A DNA stretch of 64,000 bases. It comes from Eledone cirrhosa (lineage: Eukaryota). The notes beneath the pieces are model-generated. The model worked only from the letters and a program-made list of their open reading frames with translations, made no database searches and was not told the DNA's origin. Made by a program: the position numbers and the translations under genes. This document shows positions 38,887 to 50,519 of the stretch, one piece after another. How positions within the stretch are numbered: position 1 is the first letter of the stretch; every line of letters starts with the position of its first letter. Location: positions 64,108,001-64,172,000 of the forward strand of contig OZ024744.1 in assembly GCA_964016885.1 (NCBI GenBank), given 5' to 3'.

Positions 38887-40142
38887 TAACACTTTAAGAT
38901 AGAAATTAGGAAACTAATAATAATGGTAATTGAAATTAATATAAAACCATGACAAGGACAGTTATTTGGCAGACACAGTAAAGTATCAATTATTGAACCA
39001 ACAGGTTTTTGTCTTTAATTCTACAGAACCAAGAAAAAGTGACAAGCAAATTAATTGTTTTCCAGTTTTGCATTTTGTCTCCAGGTTTTGATTTTAAATT
39101 CCAATTGATTTTTTAGCCTCATCAAAATTCCCAAAGCAAGTTAACTCGTCAGCATCTGGCCAGAATTCTCTCACCTCTTTCTGTTCCATCGACTATAACA
39201 TGGCTCAAAAACTGACATTAAGGTATTTTTCTCAAAATAGATAATATCAAAATCTCATAGATTCGATATTTTGTGAGATAATTATGTAAGACAAAGCCTT
39301 TATCACAAAAATACAATCATATATATATAGTAATGTAAATGCTAAAGGGTTAAAGCGTAACAAAATCAATATCTAAACTAAAGTTTTAAAAGTTCTATTC
39401 CTACCTTATTTGGTCAATTAATTATACCCATGTTCATTTTTTTTTTTTAACTACTTCTTCATGCTGTCTTTATCAGAAATTAAATTAAATTAAAATAAAA
39501 TATTATTCAATCTTTTCAATACCAATCTGCTTGAAACTAACCCTGGGTCTTCAATACAAAAATGAGTGTTTATATTTATCAAAAAACTTTCCATTATAAT
39601 TTCATGTAAGAACCTTTCTTAAGTTATGTTCCAAAAGGTCGATTGACAAGATCTCAGACCTTGTCAAATCAGACCAAAGAAACAATGTTTCCATTGGTCT
39701 TTCCAATTGCTAATACTATCTACTGGTCGCAAATCCCTGCAGAAGGAGCAATGTGAAATAAAGTGTCTTGCTCAAGGATACAACGCATCACCCGGTCCAG
39801 GAATCAAACACACAACCTCACAATTGCGAATCCAATTCTTTAATTACTCAGCCACGTGCCTTCACTTCGTGTTCCAAACACCAATTTAATAATGAGAAAG
39901 TTAGTTATATTCCAAATAATTATTTTCAAAACTAATTAACTCATAAGTAGTGTTTTAAATTAGAAATATAACAATTAATTTGCTTGTCACTTTTTCTTGG
40001 TTCTGTAGAATTAAAGACAAAAACCTGTTGGTTCAATAATTGATACTTTACTGTGTCTGCCAAATAACTGTCCTTGTCATGGTTTTATATTAATTTCAAT
40101 TACCATTATTATTAGTTTCCTAATTTCTATCTTAAAGTGTTA
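38887..40142. repeat. 173-bp inverted duplication (38887-39059 / 39970-40142)
   Basis: The arms read as exact reverse complements by eye, with a 910-bp spacer. Confidence 0.92.
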
Positions 40143-40619
40143 TATAATGCTTTCATTGACACTCTATTTTAGGTTCCAGTTTCAAAGTTTTTCAAAAGTC
40201 AAATAACATTCATTTAGACACATTATTCATGCCATTTTTGGTACAGAGACCATTACCATTTTGCCTGGTAATCCTATCAAAATAAAAATACAGCAATTTA
40301 GTATTATTTATTTAAACGCTATATTAATAATGCTGGTTACCATGGTAATAAAAAATATAACTTACTCAAAAATCAATAATAGCCATAATAAATATTATGA
40401 CAAATTAAAGTTGTGGAAGGTGAAATCATTCTCCTATGCAGTAAAGGTGTCTAGTGCTACTGCTAATTAGAATAAGTATGAGTATGATGGGAGTGAATGA
40501 TAGGAAAGGAAGTGAAGAACTGATCCCATGTAAACAAATTTTTATATTTTTTGTGACCTGATTATGATTGTAGAATCTATTAAAGGATAATTGTTTTAGT
40601 CAGAAGAAGAAAATACAAC

Positions 40620-41379
40620 TTAACTCTTTAGCATTTAAACTGGCCAGAATTCTCTCTCCTCTTTTTGTTCAAACTGGCCGTAATTGGCCACTCATACTGA
40701 TGTTAAGGTATTTTTCTCAAAATAAATAATATCAAAATCTCATAGATTCGATATTATGTAAGATAAAGCCTTTACCATGAAAATACAATAGTAAATATAG
40801 AGTAATGTAAATGCTAAAGGGTTAAGTTAGGAAAAGAATTGCAGATATAAACAATTACTGTGTGAAAGAGCAATTTCAGACATTTAAAAAACACACAAGA
40901 ACTGTTAACTTTATTTTATATATATTATGGTGTCATGTAGTGAAACTAAAATGGCTATGAAGTAAACAGCTTGAAAATTAGGGATTCAGAAATAATTTGA
41001 TTATGTAACGTAATGATGATGATAATATATCTTTTTAAGTTTTCAGGTATGTATATCCAGTTTAGAATAGGTATACTGTATATCAATGTGACATAAGAGG
41101 GTTGGTGCTAGGAAGGGTTATAAAACCTTTCCTCAAAAAGGACTCCATTTCATCGGGCTCACAAGGTTAACCTTGCTTTAGCAAGGAAAATTGCCTTAAC
41201 CCTTTATCATTTACATTACTCTATATTTATTATTGTATTTTCACAGTGAAGGCTTTACCTCACATATCAAATCTATTTTGAGAACACTACCTTAATGTCA
41301 GTTTGAGTTGAAGTTTACGGCCAGTTTGAACAGAGAGAATTCTGGCCGGATACAGACAGTTTAAATGCTAAAGGGTTAA
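40620..41379. mobile_element. Inverted pair of family A piggyBac-type MITEs (40620-40825, 41196-41379)
   Basis: TTAA-flanked TIRs in opposite internal orientations. Confidence 0.8.
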
Positions 41380-42716
41380 AAGATTTGTTGTCATTGTTGT
41401 CTTTTTGTGTTCTAATCCTACCCAGGTTGACTTTGACTTCCATTCTTCTGAGATGGATGAAATAAATACCAGTGAAGTATAGTATATACAGTTCCTAAAT
41501 ACTAAGGTTGACATAATCAACTATTCATCTCAAAGTGAAATCCCATCATGCCCATGGTCCAATGACAAACCACAGTAAAAGAATATATTAGCATGATTTT
41601 ACAAATGAATGAATGAATAAATCCTATCCTCATGGTTGAAAGTCAGGGCCCTCAGACACAACCACCACTCTTCTCCAAACATTGAACCAGTTATTGTGCC
41701 TTTGCCTTTCCTTTGGACAACATCGGTGGCATGGAGAGGGGAGACTGGTATACATGCGTGACTGCTTGTCTTTCACAAACAACCTTGCTCAGACTTGTGT
41801 CTTAGAGAGGAACTTTCTAGCTGCAAATCCCATGGTCTTTCTAGCTGCAAATCCCATGGCCCTCTTTATCCTATACAAATATATTTATTATATATTGTCC
41901 ACTCAATTTTCACAACTGTGATCAATGTATGAAATATAAAAAAAGAGCCATACTCTGATTTTTAGTCCACAACCTTGAAAGTGCTCCTTTCTTTGAAACT
42001 GAAAGCATATCTCAATGTGAAAGACTAGAACTAAAAGATGTGGTAACACATCACTGATTCTTAGCTACATTAGCTCTTAACATTCTGTGACACATAAAAT
42101 CACAAGTAAGTCGTTCTTGAAATGTACAAAACTTCAAATTAAAAATTTTACAATCTGTTCTCTAAAAAGGACTCTATAAACATTTGAAGTAACAAACCCA
42201 TTTTTAGATATTTTTCTGATTAATCATTACAGGATATCAACAGTTATATATATAGATTTACTTTCTCAGCAATGTTGCTGCTAAAGAGCAGATGTTATCA
42301 TCATCAATATCATCTTCGTTTAACGTCCATCTTCCACGCTAACGGCTGGATGTCCTTCCTAACACCAACCACATTTACAGAGTGGAACTGGGAACTTTTT
42401 ACCGTGTTACCTACACGGCCACATTACAGCTTGGACTGTGTGTTTTTTCTAGTGACACCTACACGATCTCGATCTCATTTATTTGGACTGGATGTTGTGG
42501 TACCAACTTTACAGAGAGAGGGTGGTGTTGGTGGGAGTGGGAGGATAGGGTGGGGGTAGTGGATTGGGGTGTATATTTGGTTAAGAGGTGCCTACTGACT
42601 GTAGGTTTCGCTTTGTACATAGGCAAGGCGGGTCTTCTTTATATCTGTGAAGTGCCAAAGATCTCGGTCCAATGACATTGTCTTAGAGAGGTGCAAGTGT
42701 GTAAGGTTGATATATA

Positions 42717-42892
<176 letters not shown>

Positions 42893-45065
42893 CAGGTACA
42901 TAAAAATAGTCGGGTTGGATACCCAATCGCTCAATTAAACCACTGGGAGTGAAGGACCCCTAACCTTTGTCAGGGCATTCTTCTAGGAGAAGGCAACTCA
43001 GGAAACTGGGATAACTCCAACATAAAACCTGCGGCTCAGTAGTAACCAATGATGTTGATCTCTTCTTCTTTTGGGGTTATAGCTACTGTCGCTCAGAGAG
43101 TGGGATTGGCTCAGTACACAGTCTTTCCTCACTTTAAAAAAATCTTCATGCACAGACATTGCACGATAGAACTAATTAATAATTATTAATAATGGTATAT
43201 CGTGCATGGGTGGGCCATACTTGATAATGAGGAGGCAGCCATCGTGTATATATATATATCCACAAACACACATAACACATATATATAGGCTAGCATGGAA
43301 AATTTTCAAGCTCAATATGTTTATATAATCTGCAAATAGAACGAACCAATTCATCCAAGGTGTAATCTATTGGGTAAATAAATCCAGGATATTTCAAGAA
43401 TAGAAGGACACAGAGCATTTAGATAATGAATCCAAAAGTTTAGAAGGGATTCAAGACATTTTTAGTAGTCATACACACGTTTCTACAAATAAATGTAAAG
43501 AACATAGCTAATTCAAGATTTTCAGTGAAGCAAATATTTTAATCTTCTTCAATTGGTCCCTTAACTCCTGATAGAGTGATAGGGGTGCCGTATTGACATA
43601 CAGTGTTCCTTGGGCATTTTAAGCCTGGTGGGGCCTATCCCCCTCCAGGCTTGAGTACAGCAGAAAAAGAGAGAGAGGAAATGAGAAACAGATATAGAGG
43701 AAGAAACCACCCCAGTATTAGACTGGTACTTTTTTTTTTATCGATCTCAAAAGGATGAAAGGCAAAGTTGACATCGGCAAGATTTGAACTCAGAGAGCAG
43801 AGAGCTGGAACGAATACTATAAAGCATCCTATCCGACGTTCTAATAACTCTGCCAAATATTTTAATACATGGAAGTAAATCCAAATACTAAGATCCAAAC
43901 ATAAAACCAAAAACTTATTTCAACACATATGGGATGTGAATATGTATTGAGTGAAATATTTAACATTTACATTACTCTATATTTTCTATTGTATTTTCAC
44001 AGTAAACACTTAATCTCACATAATAGTGAATCTACAAGATTTTGATATCATTTATTTTGAGAACAATACCTTAACATCAGTATGAGTGGCCAGTTACGGC
44101 CGGTTTGAACAGAAAGAGGTGAGAGAATTCTGGCCAGATATAGCCAGTTTAAATGCTAAAGGTTTAAAAAATCTTCCATTAGCTATATTCTTCACATTTA
44201 TTTGTTGAAACACATGTAAGACTAAAAATAAAAATGTCCTAAATCCCTTCTAAACTTTCATATTTATTATTTATATACATATACTATATTATTTATAATA
44301 TTATATGAGTAATGTAAACAGGAACATATGCCTGAAAGATTTGTATATAAGTGTGGAGGAGAGATAATGTGTTGCATGTGACATTGCAACACCTCACACT
44401 GAAACTCACAGAGGAGATTGTGAAGGAATGCCAGAAGTGGAAGGATGCTGTGCTGAAAAGCACCTATCCAACTAATGAAAGCATGGAAAAATCAGAGTAA
44501 AATGATGATAATCATATATATATATATGTGTGTCAGTGTGTGTGTGTTGGTATTGTCATGGTTTGTTCGCTTCTGAATCCTCTTTGGGGTCTCAAAATAT
44601 GCAATCTTTGTGTGACCATCCAATGCCTCACAAGACAGGTTGCAGGCCAATTGCCAGTTTTTGTGGCATGAAATGGAAACTGCAATATATTTTTCGAACA
44701 GACCTCTTTACATAAGGTTTGAGCATGTCCCTTGTTAACCGATGTGAAGGATGATGCAGTATGATTCTTTTTCTTACCTCTCGCTATATTGCAGTTTTGG
44801 TGGTCTTATTCACATCAGTCACCCATCTGGTACTTTCTCAAACCCACAAAGACCAGGCTTTTTCTAGAGGCAGCCTTTACTCACGTCCTCATAGCTACAT
44901 CACTGGGTTGTGAAAGTTTTCTTGGGAGCTTCAGGTGTCACCCGTTGCTTCATCTCCCTTAGTTGATTACCACTGTGGGTTTGGGGTTGCTTATTCGTCT
45001 GGCAGGAGTGCGCTTATATTGCAACTAACCATCATATCTGGTGGCCATATTGCTATCCGCTCCAT

Positions 45066-45690
45066 GTGACCCGTTCTCTAGAACATCTTGTGCAGTGCAC
45101 TCAACATTTAAATGGAGTTCCACTGAAGCAGGTGAAGTTCAAGTATCTCAGGGCTATGTTTACGGCTGATGGAAAGCAGAAGGTTGAATTAAGTGCAAGA
45201 ATTGCAGGAGCTGGTGCAGTAATGTGCCAGCTTCAGCAGTTAGTAATCATAAAAATGGAGGTAGGTGTAAAAGCCAAACTCTCTATCTTCAATTCAGTTT
45301 TCATACCAACCCTTACCTATGGTCTTAAATTCGGGGTAATGACCAAAAGAATACAATTGCAAATACAAGTGGCCAAAATGGGGTTCCTGTTAAGGGTCTT
45401 TGGAGTAACATTAATCAATAGAATGTGTAGCTCAGAGTCGTTTCAAGTAGAGTTGCTACTTCTCTGAATATTACAAGCTTGTGGTTAGAATGTCTCAGGA
45501 AAGAATCGCTGGACAGATTTTACAGGCAAAACCAACCGGCAGGAGACCCAGGGGTAGACCCCAAGCCAGATGCTTGGATAACATCCATGAACTTGGCTAG
45601 TCTCACCTGGGGAACCAGCTGGATCAGTTGGAGACGGTTATTTCTGACAGTCCCCACGACCCTCTCAGGAATAAGTGGGAGAGAAGAAAT
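45066..45690 (+). mobile_element. RTE (Rex3/Expander-like) LINE 3' fragment
   Basis: QVKFKYLRAMFTADGK...KAKLSIFNSVFIPTLTYG, with GAAGAA tail. Confidence 0.82.
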
Positions 45691-46457
45691 TTGTGGTGTG
45701 TGTGTGTGTGTTATGTATGTTTATGTGTACTGCTTGTTTACATATGCTTCAACAAAATGTGACTGGTAAATTATGTACCAAACATGAGACAATAAGTATT
45801 GGGGTGATAATATGAACTAAATTCCCTTTAAAGAGGTGCCCTAGCATGGCCAGAGTCTAATTACTGAAACCAATAAAATAAAGAGAATGTGTGTTTGAGA
45901 AAGAGTGTGTGTGTGAATATGTCTATGAGTGAGTGGTCATGTTTGTGTGTATGAGTGTGGGCGTATGTATAGGAATTTCGAATAATTCCACAGAACAAGA
46001 TTTCATTATTTAGAGTCAACATGCTTCTAATACTCTCTCAAATTCAATGATGAGCAAGTTTATCTTGTATAATCATTCCTGAAATAATTTACATGTTTAT
46101 ATATGTCTAAAAATATTTTTTTCTTTTAACAATTTTGGGTCGATCTGCAAGCTAAAACTAACAGACAACTTTCTCTGAAATTATACCTCACTGCCTTAAA
46201 GAAAAAAGGACAAACGGTAATATAGTCTTAGATTTGTTTGAAAAGAATACGATGGTCATAGTTGGAATACCTTTGGCCATAGATAGGCCTGCTGGATCAA
46301 GACTTGTTTGGGTACTTAGTTGCGGGATTCTTAAACGATTTTCCAAAATTCGCGGATCCCATATTTATAATTAAGGATGGATTCAGTTTGAAACTGCTTA
46401 GACCATTACTCAACAGAGTACTCGATACTTGGGGTAGTAAAGTATGGTTATATTATA

Positions 46458-46551
46458 AAGAGTCGGGACCGACGGCTGACCTCTTGCCGGTTCACCAGTT
46501 AGTTCCAGACTGTTGAAACGGCAAGAGCTCAGTCGTCGGGTCCCGACTCTT
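46458..46551. repeat. 94-nt GC-rich imperfect hairpin
   Basis: AAGAGTCGGGACCGACGGCTGACCTCTTGCCGGTTCACCAGT / ACTGTTGAAACGGCAAGAGCTCAGTCGTCGGGTCCCGACTCTT. Confidence 0.9.
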
Positions 46552-46552
46552 A

Positions 46553-46631
<79 letters not shown>

Positions 46632-46730
46632 ATGGATGAAGTATTTCCGTCGGAAAGGTACAGGAAAAAAGAGTCTCTGTGTAGGCTACAGAGCTTATTA
46701 GTTATGTAATAAACAACATAAGATAATTAT

Positions 46731-46791
46731 TTCATTTACCAGTGGTTTCTTGAAGGCAGATGTTGTGTCTGTCTTCAGTCGTCAGAATGAA
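46731..46791 (-). ncRNA. Type I hammerhead ribozyme (ILK sense strand)
   Basis: TTCATT-CTGACGA-C-TGAAG-A-CAGA cacaaca TCTG-C-CTTCA-A-GAA-ACC act GGT-A-AATGAA. 6-bp helix I, canonical core, GUA triplet, C.A mismatch at 10.1/11.1. Confidence 0.75.
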
Positions 46792-46811
46792 TAAATAACA
46801 GCTGTTATTTA

Positions 46812-46869
46812 TTCATTTTGACGACTGAAGACAGACACATCTGCCTTCAAGAAACCACTGGTAAATGAA
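46812..46869 (+). ncRNA. Mirror hammerhead copy with C3>U (TTGACGA)
   Basis: Right arm of the palindrome. C3U without a compensatory G8A is expected to impair catalysis. Confidence 0.6.
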
Positions 46870-48070
46870 ATAAGTATCTTATGTTGTTTATTACATAACT
46901 AATAAGCTCTGTAGCATATCAAATATGTTAGAATTTTGTGCTTCTCAATAAACAAGCTCATATATACAATTTATTAGTAAGGTGTCTTTTAAAAAATTAA
47001 TAAAAAATTTACTATGAATAAATTGTTCACTCTAAAACAAATTTTGTTTAACTAAATGTCTTAGTAAAACTGAGGTGGTTGGGATAGCCCTTAAATGTAG
47101 ATATGGGACCAGCGACAAATTAAGTTTGGAAACTACTACTCTAGACTGATTACATGAAAAATTACTCAGTAATTATTTCATTATTTCAGTATAGAATACC
47201 ACTTTGAGAAGATAAAAGTCATCAAAGGACATAACCAGCTCTTGATTGAGTACTGGAATCAAAACTAACTTACTAAAGAAACGTTTCCTACCAGCCTAAA
47301 AATATATCTTTTTGGAGTATTAGAAGTTTGATAACTTGATTCAAAGAGAATTTGTTGAAGGAGAAAGAGTAAAGAAAAAAAGAACAGAAAATTAAGCAGA
47401 CGAAATTGTGTCCGCGAACTGATGCCAAGACACACATTTATGACAGATGGAGAGAAAGGGCGAATAAGATGAAACAGTTAGAGAGAACCTATTCAGACAG
47501 TAAGAAAAATATGCAGATCGTCACACCCACCCACCCACACACTAATCTTCTTCAAACATATACTATTATATTAACAGAACAAACCTCTAACATGCACACA
47601 CACAGACAACTCATAAAACACACACTTCCAAGTTTTAGGATAGGTACTGTATAATAAAAAATAACTTTCCTGAACATCAATTAAGCACCAATTTTCAAAG
47701 TGAAACAACTATTGTGTGGCAATTAGAAGAAAGACGTATTTTAAATATTTGTAATTTGATTGGTAATAAAAAGAATTCCCTAAAAAAACTTTAGTACAAG
47801 AAGAGAAATTGTCCGATTAACCAAAATAGGACATTTTTCTCCATTTTGAAAGTTGTCAAAAATATTCTTCGTCGGGCAACAAGTATGACTTTACAACAGG
47901 CTACTTAGTAAGTTATTCCCACGGAATAACTTAAGGATCTAATCACTTCAAATCTGATTATTAATATTATCGTTAATAAGTAATTTTTACACAAAAATAT
48001 AATATAAGTCGAAAATAACATTGCTCGTAGACATGTCAATATATATATATATAAGTATAAATTTCTACAC

Positions 48071-48104
<34 letters not shown>

Positions 48105-48487
48105 ACATGTATTGAGTACTGAATCAGTTAATGTTTGAATACTTTAAATACTGCGGTATTTCAAACATACATTCTTATATAAAAGAGTTAAAGTTCCATA
48201 CAAATCGAAGATTATAGGTAATAAAGTAAGAGTGGAAAAGCACAGAAGTATATTTAAAGATTAATTTTTCTTCAATCCGACGGAATAAATATTTTTATAT
48301 TCACCATATTTGCTTTTTATAGGTTTGTGTAAATACATTAAGCATGCACATGAATGAGTCAAAATATTATTAATAGTAACTGTTTACTTCGAAGTTTCGC
48401 CGAAACTACTGGCTTCCCAAAACATACATATACACACACATATATATTGTGTTGTTATTTCTGTTTACCTTTTATATATACACACAC

Positions 48488-48528
<41 letters not shown>

Positions 48529-48690
48529 TACATATGTATATATACATGTGTGTAAATATGTATGTGTATGCGTACATACATATTTACATAGTGTGCGCGA
48601 GAGTGAGAGAAAGTGCACATCAAGACAATACTTTAAAATTTAAGACTGACAAATAATAGACATATAAAAGAGGCTATAAATGTTCTTTAC

Positions 48691-48779
48691 CCTTGATTTA
48701 GGTCGTTAGCTGTGTTGTCGAGCCAAATTCGAACTTGGATAGAATTACCTTCCTTGACCAAAGTGAAAATATCGTCCAT
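48691..48779 (-). CDS. ILK: Integrin-linked kinase, coding exon 1 (89 nt)
   Basis: Manual translation [29 protein letters not shown](G) matches the ILK N-terminus (vertebrate MDDIFTQCREGN...WLDNTENDLNQG). Kozak-like CACCATGG context, GG|GTAAAG donor, phase 2. Confidence 0.96.
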
Positions 48780-49230
48780 GGTGATGCGAAGTTCTTTAGG
48801 CAGCCGTCAGACAGAGTTGTGCATTAACTTGCAAGAACGGTAACTCATATAAACAATTTCACCGAAACTGCAAAAGCAGTTCCATGCCCTTAGTGTCTGG
48901 TCAGCATATTATATTTCATGCGCCTCAAATTTAAACCGCGTATTTAAATTAGCATCAATGTGCTTAGAAAATATTATAATTGCATTGGCATCTTGTCTTT
49001 CTATTATAATTTCATTTACGTCTACAAGGAATATACTTTGACACCAGTCGAATAAGACTTTATTTTTATGGATACACAAAAGGATGGGCACATTTGTTTT
49101 AGAGTGGATCTTTGTGATAACAGTTTGACATAACTTTTAGAATTAGCAGTTGGACATATTTTTGAATTAACAAACAGTTGTGTGGCTCTTTAATTGGCGG
49201 TAAAAAATAAAGGAGGAATCCGTAACCATT
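48780..49230 (-). promoter_or_regulatory. Probable ILK 5' UTR / proximal promoter
   Basis: Non-repetitive, relatively CpG-containing sequence directly upstream of the ATG. The TSS, and any further non-coding exon, cannot be determined from sequence alone. Confidence 0.45.
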
Positions 49231-49266
49231 TATGTATTTCTTTATTCATCTATTTATTAATGTATG

Positions 49267-49301
<35 letters not shown>

Positions 49302-49347
49302 GTTCATATCTGTGTTTATCTCTCTTTTATATTCAATTATATATATT

Positions 49348-49617
49348 TATATATAAAGGAAGTGTGGTAAGGAACCAGGTGGACCATAACGCACCAGAGT
49401 ACTCAATACTTAGGGTAGTAGAGTGGGTAATATATATATATATATTACCCACTCTACTACCTTAAGTATTGAGTACTCTGGTGCGTTATAGAGTACTCAA
49501 TACTTAGGGTAGTAGAGTGGGTAATATATATATATTACCTACTCTACTACCCTAAGTATTGAGTACTCTGGTGCGTTATGGTCCACCTGGTTCCTTACCA
49601 CACTTCCTTTATATATA
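49348..49617. repeat. Nested double palindrome upstream of the ILK ATG
   Basis: Outer arms ATAAAGGAAGTGTGGTAAGGAACCAGGTGGACC... enclose two hairpins, each centred on a (TA)n run. Confidence 0.93.
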
Positions 49618-49727
49618 TATAAGTGAATAAAAAGATATGAACATACATGTGTTCAAATCGCAAGGGACCAAGTTCGGTAGGGTGAAAAAAATACTAACTA
49701 AAATTTGTTTGCATAATTGCAAATGAA

Positions 49728-50055
49728 TAGAATGTTAATCCTGCCGAGGTAGACTTTGCCTTTCATCCTTACGTGGTCGATAAAATAAAGTACCAGTAAT
49801 GAACTGGGTAATTTGCTGGCCTTGTGCTTAAAGTAGAGACAATTATTAATATTCGAAAAAGGGCGGTGTATTGGCAGTATCGGTAGAGGGTCAGACGCCA
49901 TGCTTTGCAGCAAAGAGTTACGGCCCTTTATGGTCTGAGTTCAAATCCCGCCGAGGTTAACTTTGCCTTTCATCCCTACGGGGTCGATAAAATAAAGTAC
50001 CAGTAATACACTGTGTAATTGCTGGCCTTGTGCCAAAAGCAGAGACAATTATTAA
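49728..50055 (+). mobile_element. Truncated plus full-length tRNA SINE in tandem
   Basis: The full copy starts at 49861 (GGGCGGTGTATTGGCAGTATCGG) and is flanked by the direct repeat TAATATTCGAAAAA. Confidence 0.85.
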
Positions 50056-50167
50056 TATTCGAAAAACTCAGATTACATTTATTGTATTCAGCTATGTAGA
50101 GCAAAAGTTTTTTCTTTTTTTTCATTTGAATGTGGCAAAGCCTGCCATTTATCGCTCGTATACAGGA

Positions 50168-50280
50168 AACTGACTGGCCAGTCTGCTGATATGCAAATCT
50201 GGCTGATCAGTGGATCTGCTAATATGCAGATCTGACTGATCAGCCAGTATGCTAATATGCAAATCAGGCCGATCAGTCAC
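50168..50280. repeat. Three ~31-bp tandem units containing ATGCA(A/G)AT
   Basis: TGCT(G/A)ATATGCA(A/G)ATC..GCTGATCAG units. Confidence 0.75.
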
Positions 50281-50329
50281 TGTATATTTTAGAAAATAGC
50301 ATATATTTTCACTAGCTCTGACAGTTGGC

Positions 50330-50377
50330 AGGTGAACTGATGAGGGGTGATACCCAGAAACATTAGTGTCTGCAGTT
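50330..50377 (+). ncRNA. Degenerate hammerhead ribozyme
   Basis: CTGATGA-G-GGGT gat ACCC-A-GAA-ACA ttag TGT-C. Helix I is weak. Confidence 0.55.
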
Positions 50378-50519
50378 CTGTTTACATGCCAACACAAGAG
50401 CAAAAATGAAGGGTTCATTCTACTAACATGGTTTTAAAAATGATGCTTGTTTGCATAATTGCAAACGAATCGAATGTTATTAATAATATTCGAAAAAGTC
50501 AGATTACATTTATATATAT

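Larger units (their letters stand above)
46685..46915. repeat. 231-bp near-perfect palindrome with no spacer
   Basis: Centred on CAG|CTG at 46801/46802. The arms differ by a 3-nt indel and about two substitutions. Confidence 0.95.
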
